Shown here: one piece after another, positions 13,300 to 55,220 of the stretch
How the letters are laid out: the number at the start of each line of letters is the position of its first letter
Numbering within the stretch: the stretch's first letter is position 1
Assembly (NCBI GenBank): GCA_964016885.1
Contig: OZ024748.1
Coordinates: 18,476,001 to 18,540,000, forward strand
From: Eledone cirrhosa
Lineage: Eukaryota
Direction: 5' to 3'
DNA length: 64,000 nucleotides
Position numbers and translations under genes: made by a program
Notes under the pieces: model-generated
What the model was told of the DNA's origin: nothing
The model's input: only the letters and a program-made list of their open reading frames with translations
Database searches by the model: none

Positions 13300-13640
13300 C
13301 ATTCATCATTTCATTTCATTTTACGTCCACTTTTCCCTGCTTGCAAGGGTGGGACGGGAACTGATGCTGGCTTGATTTCTACAGCTGGATGCCCTTCCTA
13401 ACACCAACCTCATTTACAGTGAGTGCTGGGTGCTTTTTTGCCGTGGCACCTCCACGACCACTTTGCAGTGGAATAATAGGGACTGGGGTCCCTATCATCT
13501 CATTTCTACAGCTGAGTAAACTGGAGCAATGTGAAATAAAGTGTCTTGCTCAAGGAAACAACACATCACCCGGTCTGAGAATTGAACTCACAACCTTTCG
13601 ATTGCAAGGCCAATGCTCTAACCACTAAGCCATGTGCCCC
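13300..13640 (-). mobile_element. Composite SINE copy (same family as 57479-57868)
   Basis: Near-identical to 14571-14923 and 31017-31363. Confidence 0.85.
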
Positions 13641-13821
13641 CCTAGAATGAATAGTACAAAACATTCTGCCTGATACTCTAATGACTCTACCAATTCACCA
13701 CATGTGGTATATAACAGAATGAAACTATTTGAAATTATTTCCTGCAGAATATTCAGCAGGTTTCTAGTCAATGCCATGTGATTCTGAGGGACTGGTGTCA
13801 TATCCCAGAGGTAGTCGAGTA

Positions 13822-13973
13822 CAGGTAAAATTCTGTTATAACGAATACCATTAAAACGAAATTCCTTTTTCAATCCCCAGCTCAATGTGTTGGGTCAATC
13901 TCGTTATAAAGAATTTTTCGTTACTACAAATTTTTTTATACCCCGTGAATTTCTTTATAACGGAATTTTACTG
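13822..13973. mobile_element. pogo/Tigger-like MITE (second copy about 57186-57345)
   Basis: TIRs taaaattctgttataa / ttataacggaattttactg with TA flanks. Confidence 0.7.
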
Positions 13974-14446
13974 TACTAATAGTCAATTAATGTCACATGA
14001 AACTGGGATAAAATTTGGCATATTGCACCTTACAGTCAAGTTAGACATTTTTTTTTTAACATGTAAAATGTTCTGGTGGTCATAACTGACTGTAAGTTTG
14101 CCCCCGGAAAGTTCCTCTTCTAGGTACAAGCTAGGGCAAGGTGTTTTTGTGAAGACCAGTAGTTGCCTATGCCTGCCTGTCTCCCTTTTCCACACCACTG
14201 ATATTGTCCAAGGTAATGTTAAACACTGTGACACTGCCGTGATCACTCAGTGGTCACCCACTCTATGTTAAACACTGTAACATTGTAGTGGTCACTCAGT
14301 GGTTACCCAAAGATCACTCAGTGGTCCCCTAATCTATGTTAAACACTGTAGTGGTCACTCAGTGGTCTATGTTAAACACTGTAACAATACAAGACAATAG
14401 AAAGTTCTAGAAAGATATAAGACTGTCAATCTACCTTTTAGCTTAC

Positions 14447-42354
<27,908 letters not shown>

Positions 42355-44079
42355 CTAAATATATGGCAGCTTCCAGTCAGTACTGGTATGTTAGAATACT
42401 AACACCAACTAAAATAATGACTAAAATAAAATGAACAACAGTTACACATATGGTACCCTGTGGGGGACTTTGGGATGTGAAGGACATGGACAAACTGCAA
42501 AGAGAACAGCAGTAACAAAAACAGTAATAAACAGATACACACATGGCAACTGTGGGGAACTTTGGGATATGAAGGACATAGACAAACTGCAAAGAGAACA
42601 ACAGTAACAAATCAATAACAACAGTAATAAAGAGCAGATACTAGTCAATGTTAATATGTTAGAAAACCAACGCCAACAAAAACAAAATAACGCAAACAGC
42701 CACACATACAACACCCAGTGGGCTCTTTTGAAATGCCAAGGGTATATACACAGACTGCGAAGGGAACAATAACAACAACAGTAGTAATAAACAGCATCAA
42801 TCAGTTAGCAGTAGTATGTTAGAAAACCACCAACAACATGGAGAATAAATTGTAAAATGAGAGCAAGAAAAGAAAGGTTTACTTTCAAACCTGAACCAGT
42901 AAATAATAACATAGCGGACATAGTGAAAAGCTGGGTAGAATGAACCCTGACTGTCGATCTAAAAATACTTTTGTTATATCAGTAGAGAGAGAGAGAGAGA
43001 AATGAATACTCTTATCTAATGACACAATCATTATTTCTACTACTACCACCATTACAACTTCTATTACCACCACCACTACTGCATCTACTACCACCACCAC
43101 TACTGCATCTACTACTACCACCACCACCACTATAACTACAACTATTACCACCAACACAACTACTGCAACTACTTTCACCACCACGACCACCACTACAACT
43201 AATACCACTACTACCCCCACTAGAACTAATACCACCACTACCCCTACACTCTCTCCCTACCAAATGTCATTATTGCTTTTAAACCTTTTAACTCCAGTTT
43301 AGCCACCATTACACATTGTAAATAGAGAACAACACAATGATATAATTACAACAATCAACACCTAAGCAGTATATTAACAAGTCAATGGATATATATATAT
43401 ATATATATATACTATATATATATATAAAATCATCGTTTAACGTCTACTTTCCACACTAGCATGGGTTAGATGGGTTTGTCCCATTTGAGGCAGGTTGGGT
43501 CGGGTGACTGTGTCTCGCGTGTATAGGACTGTTTCTGGCTGGTTTTCTATGGTTGGATGCCCTTCCTAACACCAACTACATTTACAGTGTGTGCTGGATG
43601 TTTTGTGGTACCAACATACCTTTACAGAGTAAGGGTGGTATGGGTGGAAGTGAGGTGTATATATGTATGTGTGTATATATATATCATCGTTTCTGACTCT
43701 GGTCACTATGAAGACAGTGTTCCCTTAACCTGCTCTCTGCTGGAACTCAATACAGGTGAAAACATAGTTTAGACACCTGTGTACATGGGCTGATTAGCCT
43801 CATTTGCATATAGAGCTGTCGGTTGGCTCAGCCGGAAAATAGAATTAAGGTGATCACTTTAACATAGCTGTATACATAGCTGTGAATGGTCGTTGTTGAC
43901 AGTTACCCACCCTTGCTTTTGCTGGAATTCGCTAGATTCCATCAATTTCCAAAATTCAAAGCTGAAGGCTTTCAAATGTTTATCCATAAACATACTATAT
44001 ATCACTAGATATACAAAATACTCATACTTACTCATACAGCTATGTTAGAGCGAACACACACACATATATATATTACATA

Positions 44080-44398
44080 TTATTTAACAATGATAACAAA
44101 GGCAAGTTATTTTACATATCTCATTCATTGCTTTACGATCATTTTAGAGGGTTGATCATATCAATATCTTGACTGATCTATAGCAGTTAGAAAACTATAT
44201 GCTATCAGACATAATATATGGGTTCGATCATACCAAAGAAGACAGTATGATCGAACCCATATATTATGTCTGATAGTATACAATTTTCTAACTGCTATAG
44301 ATCAGTCAATATATCGATATAATCAACCCTCTGAAATGATCGTAAAACAATGGACGAGATATGTAAAATAACTTGCCTTTGTTATCATTGTTAAATAA
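44080..44398. repeat. Long inverted repeat: 154-nt arms, 11-nt loop
   Basis: 44080-44233 is the reverse complement of 44245-44398 with 10 substitutions and no gaps. Confidence 0.95.
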
Positions 44399-44944
44399 AA
44401 TAATATGTAATATGTCAGACACTGTATCTGAAAGATTGACTCAGCGAAATATGGAACCAATCACTGGATCTCACTGAACTATATGCTAATGGATTACAAT
44501 GGTATAGACCCTACCATGAAAGGTAGACCACATTGAATATATATATATATAAAACAAATTAAGATGACAGAAAGAAGTGCTTACATTGTTTAATTCTTAC
44601 AATTTGTTTGATACAAAGCTTTTCTTCAAACACACACACACAAACATATATACATACATATATGTATATATGTCAAAACCAGGAAGGTGAAGGAAGGGGG
44701 GGGGGGGGGGTCAGTGCCGGAGAACAACATATTACAATAACAATATATTAGCATAATACTTGTGAGAAAAAAAAGGAAGGAAGAGAAATGAGAGAAAAAT
44801 ATGTGTAGCTACATAAACAGTGCAGTTATCTTACATTCCAAACAATAACTATATAGTAGTATAGAACAACCGTTTTAAGGCAACAGGACAGGTTTGGCCA
44901 TTTTGCCCTATTGCCTGTATCTGTTCTTATAAACCTCTAGCAAT

Positions 44945-45150
44945 TATTTTCTTTTCCATCATTTTTAGCCGTGTCTTTCTTACCTTCCACATTCATCACT
45001 GGCTCTATTTCTCTCACCCAGTCACTTCCATCCTTCCTCAACACATGACCCAACCATCTCATTTCATTTCTCTTCACATGAAACATCACTGGCTCTATTC
45101 TCTCTACCCACTGCAATTCATTGTTTGTCTTCCTCTCTCTGAACAATATT
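44945..45150 (-). mobile_element. RTE LINE 3' remnant
   Basis: VKRNEMRWLGHVLRKDGSDWVREI motif. Similar remnants at about 1930-2230 (-) and 5105-5365 (-). Confidence 0.7.
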
Positions 45151-45549
45151 CTATTTATCCACCAATGATAGCTAGACAGTAGTATGACATTAACATCATC
45201 ATCCTACTACTATGAAGATTGCTAATAATGAGTCCCTACCAGTCTATCTACTTAAAACCCTGCTGTTAAACAAAACAATTTCACCAGTTTTTTCTGTCAA
45301 CAGAAAGTTATCTAAATAGTGATTAAATGCAGTTTTACCAGCAATGGCGTCCCATTAACAGCAACAACAGAAAATTGAAAAGGGGGAAAAAAAAAAAAAA
45401 TTTCAAATAAATATATTTAAAAGACAAATGATAAAAGAAAAATAATGAAGTCAATAAAAATTACTTTAGAACACTAATTAATAGAAATTCAATTGTCACA
45501 TCTAAAAACTACTACTACTACCAATAACAATAAAATAAAATAATAAAGA

Positions 45550-46680
45550 TAATAATTGTTTCTACTTTTGGCACAAGGCCAGCAATTAACTCAGTGTATT
45601 ACTGGTACTTTATTTTATCGACCCCGTAAGGATGAAAGGCAAAGTTAGCCTCGGAGGGATTTGAACTCAGACCATAAAGTGCCGTAACTCTTTGCTGCAG
45701 AGCATGGCGTCCGACCCTCTACCGATACTGCCAAATAATAACGATATTTATTCCTTTATAATAATTGTTTCTACTTTTGGCACAAGGCCAGCAATAACCC
45801 AGTACATTACTGGTACTTTATTTTATCGACCCTGTAAGATTGAAAGGCAAAGTTAACTTTATAATAATTGTTTCTATTTTAGGCACAAGGCCAGCAATTA
45901 CCCAGTACATTACTGGTACTTTATTTTATCGACCCCGTAAGGATGAAAGGCAAAGTTAACCTCGGCGGGATTTGAACTCAGATCATAAAGGGACGTAACT
46001 CTATGCTTCAAAGCATGGTTACTGATTTAGGTACAAGACCAACAATTTTGAGGGAATGAAAAAGTCAATTAAATCAGCGCCAGCGCATTACTGGTACTCA
46101 ACGTAAAGAGCCGTAATTTTATGCCACAAAGCATGTTGTCTGATGCTCTACCGATACTGTCAATCCACCAGCAATCTTTTATAATTGTTTCTAATTTAGG
46201 TAATTCTAATTTGGATTGGAATTTGATTAGATCAAACCCAGTACATGACAAGGTTGAAGACAAAGTTGACCTCAGAATGTAAAGAGCAAGAATAAATACA
46301 GCAAATCACTTTGTTTCAGGCTCAAACAGTAATTATAATAATAATTGTTTCTACTTTAGGCACAAGGCCAGCAATTACTCAGTGCATTACTGGTACTTTA
46401 TTTTATCGACCCCGTAAGGATGAAAGGCAAAGTTAACCTCGGCGGGATTTGAACTCAGTCCGTAACTATGCTGCAAAGCATAGCGTAATAATAATGGTTC
46501 CTGATTTAGGCACAAGGCCAACGATTTTAGGGGAGGGGGAAAATCGATTAAATTGACCCCAGTGCATTATTTTATCGATCCCATAAGGATGAAAGGAAAG
46601 GTGGTATTTGAACCCTAAGCGTAAAGGGTCGTAACTCTATGCTGCTAAGCATACAGTCTGACGCTCTACCGATTCTAATA
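45550..46680 (-). mobile_element. Tandem cluster of about 7 full or partial Meta-like SINE copies
   Basis: Repeated ataattgtttctacttttggcacaaggccagcaatt...aaggatgaaaggcaaagttaacctcggcgggatttgaactcag units, each abutting an (ATA)n stretch. Confidence 0.85.
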
Positions 46681-46997
46681 ATGATGATGATGGATTCCTT
46701 TACTTGACAACAGGGCACCGAATCAGGGAGTCATTACATAAAAACTGGATAAGAAAAACAACACGACCAAAAACAACACTGCATGTATCCAAGGGCCATA
46801 AAACTGTGCTCGTTAATGCAATGGCAGCACGCAATGAACATGTGACTAATGATAATAATCATAGTCATACTATTTTTTTTATTGGCCACAAAGGCCGACA
46901 TATAAGGGACAAGCTAATAATAAGAGAGACTGAATTATTGAAATCTTCAATGACATACATAAATTAATATATAATTGTTAGTTAAGTGGTAGAGAAG

Positions 46998-47682
46998 CAA
47001 CCATGTTGGTTCATGTAGTAGAGTGTAATGTGAAGAAGGACTTACAACCATGTTGGTCCATGTAGTACAGTGTAATGTGAAGGACTTACAACCATGTTGG
47101 TCTATGTAGTAGAGTGTAATGTGGAGGATTTACAATCTTATTGGTCCATGTAGTAGAGTGTAATGTGAAGAAGGACTGCCATCTATGTTGGTCCATGTAA
47201 TACAGTGTAATGAGAAGGACTTCCATCTATGTTGGTCCATGTAATACAGTGTAATGTGAAGGACTTCCATCTATGTTGGTCCATGTAATACAGTGTAATG
47301 TGAAGGACTTCCATCTATGTTGGTCCATGTAATATAGTGTAATGTGAAGGACTTCCATCTATGTTGGTCCATGTAATACAGTGTAATGTGAAGGACTTCC
47401 ATCTATGTTGGTCCATGTAATACAGTGTAATGTGAAGGACTTCCATCTATGTTGGTCCATGCAGTAGAGTGTAACGTGAAGAAGAATTTACAACCACCTT
47501 GGTTCATGTAATACAGTGTAATGTGAAAGGTTTACAACCATGTTGGTCCATGTAGTAGAGTGTAATGTGACGGATTTACAACCATGTAGTATAGTGCAAT
47601 GTGAAGAAGGACTTACAATCATGTTGGTCCATGTACTACAGTGTAATGTGAAGGACTTCCACCTATGTTGGTTCATGTAGAA
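46998..47682. repeat. 44-47-bp minisatellite (atgttggtccatgtaatacagtgtaatgtgaaggacttccatct), about 15 copies
   Basis: Period 44 in the homogeneous core (47221 to 47265). Confidence 0.95.
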
Positions 47683-49164
47683 CACCCTAGTTTAACACCA
47701 CCACATGGCCCTTAGGTGACTTTAACAGGATTTATTTTGTTGTAAACCTTCTAGGACCAGGTTTCCAGTTTGAAAATCTCATCTCTCCCTCCTCCTAGCC
47801 CCTGTTCTTGTAGACCCTTCCTTTCCTGACTAAACAGTAAAATATATAAATAATAATCCAAGTTATCCACCCAACCCTTAATGTGGACTAAATATATACA
47901 TATATATTTGTGTGTGTATAATTATATAACACACACACACACACGTGTATATCGTAATTGTGGGATAGTTGAGGTGAGCCAATGAGACAAGTTGTGTGCT
48001 AGCATCCATAGGGAGTGACTTATTTCAGGAGATGGTTTACATGGAATCAAGGTTAATGAGAAAGCTGTGCAGACGTGTACACACACACACACACACATAT
48101 GTGAGTGAGTGAAATAGTCATGCAATGTTTGGTTACATTATACGAGGTGGTGGTGGTGGTGGTGGTATTGGTAATGTTGCTTGTGATGGTTACATTATAT
48201 GTGGTGATGGTAGAGCTGTTGTTGTTGGTGTTAATGTTGTGGTTGGTGGTGGTGGTGGTGGTGGTTTACTGTAGTAGCTGAAAGTTGAGACAAAAACTCG
48301 ACAAAGGCAAAAGTGAAAAAATTTGTAAACTTAACTTAGACACACAATTCATAATGCAGTTGTACCCCACTCCCCTGGTTTTTACACTAATTGGAGAGGT
48401 GGAGGAGATGGGGTGGATTCCAGTTATGAGAAACTGGAAGAAAAGATGGTGAAGAATTATACACCATCTATAGAGCAGGTTTGGAGTGTTGTCAAATAAT
48501 AATCACACTCTCTTTTTCTCTCTTCATCTCTTGAAGAAACAGTCTGTGTTCAGACATGGAGAGGGGATGGGCTCCCCCGAGCTTTAAAATGCCCAAGATA
48601 CGCATGTCACTGTGGCACTCCTATGACTCAAACAGGAGTTACGGGTTCCCATATACATACATACATACATACATACATACATACATACATACAAGTAGTA
48701 ATAAGATCCCCCTGGAACCTTTCCCATTGACATCCCTGGCTAAGGGTGGTGTGTGGCATAGTAGTTAGGGTGTTAGATTCATGATCATAAGATTGTAGGT
48801 TTGATTCCTGAACCAGGCAGCATGTTGGCTTCTTGAGCAAGACACTTCAGTTCATGTTACTTTCCATGATAGGACTACAGCCTCTATCATTAAAACACCA
48901 AAGAAGCCCTCTCTGAGAAACAGCCCAATAGGAAGTCAGCTAAACTTGCTTAGTTGTGAGCTGTAACAACAAAATATGTATGTATATGATAAGGTCTGGG
49001 GTCTTCTATCATTAAAACACCCATGAAACCTCTGAGATACAGCCTCATAAGAGGTCAGCTAAAGCTACATAGGTCTTTTCATTTTTTCAGACTTGACCAG
49101 TTGCTGTGGTTGACTAAATTTTGAAAACTAAACAATTCTTGTTCAGTATATACAATGTCTTGAG

Positions 49165-49650
49165 ATGAAGATTTCAGTGGAGGAGGGTACTCTGAGAGCA
49201 TAGTAGCTATAATCAGAACAGGATGGAGAACATTCAGACAGTTATTGCCTCTGTTAACATCAAAAGGTTTCTGTCTATGAATGAAAAACTGACTGTATGA
49301 TGTCTGTGTGCAATGTGCAATGCTGCATGGTAGTGAGACATGGTTGTTGAATGCAGAAGATATGTGAAGGCTGGAGAGAAATGAAGCCAGCATGCTCTGA
49401 TGGATGAACTGAGAGAAAAGCTGAGTATAAGAGGAATGTTGTGTGCAAGAGAGAAAGAAGACTATGCTGGCCAAAAATTTGTGAGAGGAAGGTGCAGTAG
49501 AGGAAAACCATGGAAGATGTGGGTGAAGGTGGTGAGAACTGATCTCAAATCGCTGAACTTTACAGAGGGTGGGAGAAATGCTGTACTAAAAAGACATGTC
49601 CAACCCACAAAAGCATAGAAAAGTAGATATAAAATGATGATGATGATGAA
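49165..49650 (+). mobile_element. RTE LINE 3' fragment with (ATG)n tail
   Basis: IRTGWRTFRQLLPLL...LYDVCVQCAMLHGSETWLLNAED...ELREKLSIRG...RGKPWKMW.KVVRTDLK. Confidence 0.85.
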
Positions 49651-50533
49651 ACTATATAAAGCATATCTAGTGAAGTACCATAACACTTTCATTACATTAC
49701 AGCCTCTAATATTTTAGTTATTTTGAAAAATAAATTTTCACATGATTTATCTGGTGTTTGGAGAACAGCTTGAAAAAGCTTATTACATGAAATTATGATG
49801 GTAGGTTTTTAAATAAATACAAACATTTAAAAATAAACAGCATTGTAGCATAGAACCATGGGGGGTGGGTGGGGTTTGGCAGTTTGGTTTCAAAAGGGTT
49901 AAATATATTTCTATATTGAAATTCTGCAAACAATAAAGAATATAAAAGCCTTCAAAAGATGCAAAAAAAAAGAAAGAATCACAACGGTTTAGTGCTCACA
50001 GTAGGGTTTTAGAGTTGAAGGAATGAAAGATAAACTTTCCTTTGGTAGCAAACATAAATGATCTCTACATCTATCTTTTCTATTTTTCTCTTTATAGTTT
50101 GGTTAAGTATGGAGGAAGACATCCTTAAATTGGAGACCTGGCCTGAATGCTTGCAAGAGCGTGGACTCTGATAAAGACACACAAGGGCCAGGTAGGGGAG
50201 CAACAGATTAAATCTATCACTCATCTTAGTGAAGAGCAAAGTGGCCTGTCAATTATACACTACAAAATATCTGTAGAGGATTTGAACACAAAACCAATTA
50301 GTTGATTTGGTAACCAAATATAGACATTGTGGGTGTAGCAGTTTCATTTCTAGTTGGGGATAGTTGGCATTGATAAGACACAAACATTATATATATATAT
50401 AAGGGCATCCAACCATAGAAACCAAGCCAGAAACTTGCCTCAAATGGGACAACACGTCTAACCCATGCTAGCATGGAAAATGGACGTTAAATGACGATGA
50501 TGATAATATATATGCGTGTGTGTGTGTATATGT

Positions 50534-50573
<40 letters not shown>

Positions 50574-53414
50574 CAAGGAGACAACAAAAGAGGTACAAAG
50601 TCTTATTAGTTTCACGCTTTATATTGGAAAGAGGAAAGAAAGTTCGACATGTTGGGCTTAAGCCCTTCTTCAGGAGTACGAATAGAGACAGGATCACAAC
50701 ACATCATCATCATCATCATCATCACCGTTTTACGTCCGTTCTTCCACGCTAGCATGGGTTAGACGGGTTGTCCTGTTGTGGGCAGTGTCTGGTCGGCTGA
50801 CCATGCCTTGCTCATACAGGAACTGATCTGGCTTGATTTCTACAGCTGGATGCCCTTCCTAACACCAACCTCATTTACAGTGAGTGCTGGGTGCTTTTTC
50901 GTGGCGCCTACACGTCCACTTTACAGTGTGGGCTGGGTGCTTTTTTGCCGTGGCACCTCCACGACCACCTTGCGGTGGGGTGGGGGGGGGGGGGGGGGGC
51001 ATATTGTTTTATATATATATTCATATGTGGTTGACAGCTGAGAGAAAGGAATACTCAATACTGAAGTACAGTTTTAATATTCATTTAGTTTTGTCTGTTT
51101 ATCACAGGGTCAATAGACAAGATGACCTAGCGATAAACAGGCGAAACTCCAGAGTAACAAAACTCACTTTTTAGCCTTCACACACATATATATATATATA
51201 AATACATATATATATACATATACTTGCATACACACACACATAAATATATACATATCAGGTATAATATATATATACATATATGAGAAATATGAAAATTGGC
51301 CAACTGGTCTGGTATGGAGGCAGCAAAAACACAAAAAATAATCAATATTTGGTATAATTTTAAATAACCAAATTCTTTTGAAGATATAGAACTGTAAGTT
51401 GTAAATATTGTATAGATACAATCTGATTGTGGGGAAGAATGGAGAGGCGGTGGTTAGACAGTATCACAGACACACACAGAGCCAGACATACGTATACAGA
51501 CAAATACAGACACACACACACACAGAAATATAGATAGACATATACAGAGAAATAAAGATAGACAGACACACAGGCTTATAGCCACACACAGACATAGCCA
51601 TACATAGACACACACACAGAAATATAGATAGACAAACATATACAGAGAAATACAGGCACACACACATACATACAAGCTTATAGCCACATACACACAGAGC
51701 CAGGCATATACATATACAGAAAAATAGATAGACAGACATATACACACACACACACACAGAAAATATTGAACCAGACACCAAACATAGTTGTTGAAATAAA
51801 TACATGTTCACACATGCACCCCAGTATATTCACAATCACACACACCCAATTATATAAAGCTGAAGAGCCAGTTTTGGTCAACTAAACAAACATAATATAG
51901 TAAAACATCCATGTATTGTATAATGTCCTTGTCCATACTCTTGTTTTATATAATATTGTCTGTCCAGCCCCACATATATTGTAACCCCTATCTTGATAGT
52001 GTCTACTGTGTTTGAATTCTATGTTGGAGCCCTTGTGTCTAATATACAAATCAAGATGAAATCATCATCATCATGATCACTGTTTTACGTCCATTTTTCC
52101 ACTCTAGCATGGGTTAGACGAGCTGTCCTGTTGTGGGCAATGCCAGGTCAGGTGACCATGTCTTGCTCACACAGAACTGCTTTTGGCATGATTTCTACAG
52201 CTTGATGCCCTTCCAAATGCCAAGCTCATTTACAGTGAGTACTGAGTGCTTTTTGTTGTGACACCTACATGACCACTTTACAGTGTGGACTGGCTGGTTT
52301 CTGATTTAGGCACAATATCAGGGAAAGGAAAGTGGATTAAATTGACCCCAGTATATTACTGATGCTTTATTTTATCAACCCTATAAGGATGAAAGGCAAA
52401 GCTAACTCTGGCAGATTTGAACTCAGAACATAAAGGGTTGTAATTCTATGCCACAAAGCAGGGTGTCCAACGCTCTACAATCCACAACGATAAGAATTTC
52501 TTTTATTTAGCACAAGGTCCCAAGATATGTTGGAAACAATACCAGGGCACAAATAACACAGAGTTATGTTTACACTGAGTAAAGGAAAAGAAAGAAATCG
52601 CCAAATGGAAAGCAGTAGTTCTAACACTAACATCAATAATAATAATGTTAATAATATTACTACAATAAAACGCCAGGCTTAGCTTTGCCTTTCATCCTTA
52701 CGGGGTCAATAAAATAAAAGTACCAGTAACAAACTGAGGTCGATTTTAATCGACTTTCCCTTCCCCTTCAAATAGTTGGCCTTGTCCCTAAAGTAGAAAC
52801 AATTATTATTATTAGGTTAACTTTGCCTTTCATCCTTACGGGGGTCGATAAAATAAAGTACCAGTAATACACTAGAATAATTGTTGGCCTTGTGCCAAAA
52901 GTAGAAACAATTATTATTAGTAGTATCAGTAGTAGTAGTAGTAATAGTGGTATTAAAAACTGCTTGGGTGGTGAATTAAGAGAAGTCAGTTTTGTAATCA
53001 ATATAATCATATGCAGTTGAGAATCACATTGAAGTTGGATAAGCTAACTTGACTTGAGACAGTAAAATATAATGTAGCATATCTGACTATGGTAGAGTGT
53101 TTAAAACTGTACTGTACTGAATGGATTGTGTGTGTGTGTGTGTGTGTATAGAGAGAGAGAGAGAGAGAGAGACAATGTAGCATAGCTGACTATGGTAGAG
53201 TGTTTAAAACTGTACTCTACTGAATGGAGGATATATATATATAACGAAAGAGGTGTGGTAAGGAACCAGATGGCCCATAACGCACCAGAGTACTCAATAC
53301 TTAGGGTAGTAGGAAACAGGAAAATGTTTAACCCCGATGGCAGAGCTCAAGCCGTCGAAACGGCTTCAGTTCTGACGTCGGGGTTAAACATTTTCCTATA
53401 TATATATATATATA

Positions 53415-53488
53415 CAGTGTCCCAAAAATGTATACACATATTTATTAGAATGCTGTTGAAGTGTGTATACATTTTTTGGGAGCACCGT
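53415..53488. mobile_element. Tiny Tc1/mariner-type MITE
   Basis: cagtgtcccaaaaatgtatacac / gtgtatacattttttgggagcaccg TIRs in a TA context. Confidence 0.6.
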
Positions 53489-53578
53489 GTGTGTGTATAT
53501 ATATATAGAGAGAATAGTAGAACATAATGTAGTGTAGCTGACTATAGTAGTGTTTAGAATTGTACTGAACTGAATGGA

Positions 53579-53618
<40 letters not shown>

Positions 53619-54792
53619 AGAGAGAAAGAGAGAGTGAGAGAGAGATGGAGGAGAGCAAGGAAAATTATATATATACATATATACAAGAGAGATAGATAGA
53701 GAGAGAGAAGTGGTGAGAGAGGAAGAAGACTAATAATAATGACCAGGAATCGATCGACTGGAAGCCACAGATATGATGGTAGTGGAGAGAGAGAGAGAGA
53801 GACTAAGAGAGAGATTTGAAATAAGTGAAAAGAGTAATAAACACTCACAGACACAAATTCAGAGTAGATCCTCCACCCTTCACCTCAACAACCTGTTAGG
53901 GTGTTATGAAAGTCCCTATTGTTCAATCACGACTGCCATGCCACTGGTGTGTGTACATGTATGAAATGTGTATGTATGTATATGGAAGTGTATGTATGAA
54001 TGGATGTCCATATAAGGTGTGGCTGTCTGTGTGTGTATCTGTACACACACACATAATTTTGATACAAGAGATTGTGTTCCAACACAATGTTACATGGAGT
54101 TTCAGGTATTGAAATTTAATCAGCATAAACAAAAAATAAAATAAAAAAATAATAATAATGGTTTCTGATTTAAGCAAGTCCAGCAATTAATTTCTAACAT
54201 ACCCCCATCCTATCCATTCCCTCCATAAGAAACATTTTCATTTCTTTGTTTCTTACAAATTACATCCCAGCATCCACACACCCCTCTACATGTTATAAGG
54301 TGGGTTGTACCAGCTCATGGTTTTCCAGTGATTAGTTTAGGGTGTGACTAAGTAATTGATATTTTCTTTACTTGTGTAACATATTCCAAGGTCTTCACTA
54401 CATATACTACACCAAAGCCTTGTTACACTTTTCACTTACACTGTTTTGACTACTGCAGCTTTTCTTGTGTGGCATTTCTAGGGTTTTACTACATATGCTA
54501 CATTGCAATTACACTTCACTCACACTCTACTCATCTGTTTGAGTACTGCAGTTTTCTTGTGTAGTATGTTTCAAGCACTTTGCTACATACACCACACCAG
54601 TCATGTTACACTCCACTCAAATGCCACACTCCATTACACCAGTCTTGTTACACTTCACTCAACTGTCATATTAGTTCTATAGTAACCAGATGTCAACTTA
54701 GTCAGTCAGTGATTGAGAATCAGATGAGTAACTTCTGATGGAATGTTTCTATTTTGTACAAGTTACCTTAACACATTAATATATAAAATACC

Positions 54793-55220
54793 ATCACATC
54801 TGGTTAAGTCAGCAGCACCTCTCACTCCATCTCACAAATCTTGTACAGTTGTCACATCTGGTTAAATCATCAGTACCTCTCACTCCCTCTCTTGACATCT
54901 TGTTGTTGAGATGTCACATCTGGTTAAATCATCAGTACAGCTCACTCCCCCTCTTGACATCTTGTTCAGATGTCACATCTGGTTAAATCATCAGTACTGC
55001 TCACTCCCTCTCTTGACATCTTGTTGAGATGTCACATCTGGTTAAATCATCAGTACTGCTCACTCCCTCTCTTGACATCTTGTTGTTCAGATGTCACATC
55101 TGGTTAAATCATCAGTACCTCTTACTCCATCTCACAATAACTTGGTGTACAGATGTCACATCTACTTAAATCATCAGTACCTCTTACTCTATCTCACAAT
55201 AACTTAGTGTACAGGTGTCA
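54793..55220. repeat. About 58-61-bp minisatellite (gatgtcacatctggttaaatcatcagtac...cttgacatcttgtt), about 7 copies
   Basis: Direct repeats visible by eye. Confidence 0.9.

Noticed and set aside
13389-13628. Recurrent 79-aa ORF MPFLTPTSFTVSAGCFF... (also 14671, 31110, related 57492) resembling a small gene family
   Set aside because: Antisense reading of near-identical young SINE copies; no splice or coding signature.
54850-55180. Repeated CTGATGA on the minus strand suggesting tandem hammerheads
   Set aside because: No stem II followed by GAAA in the unit.
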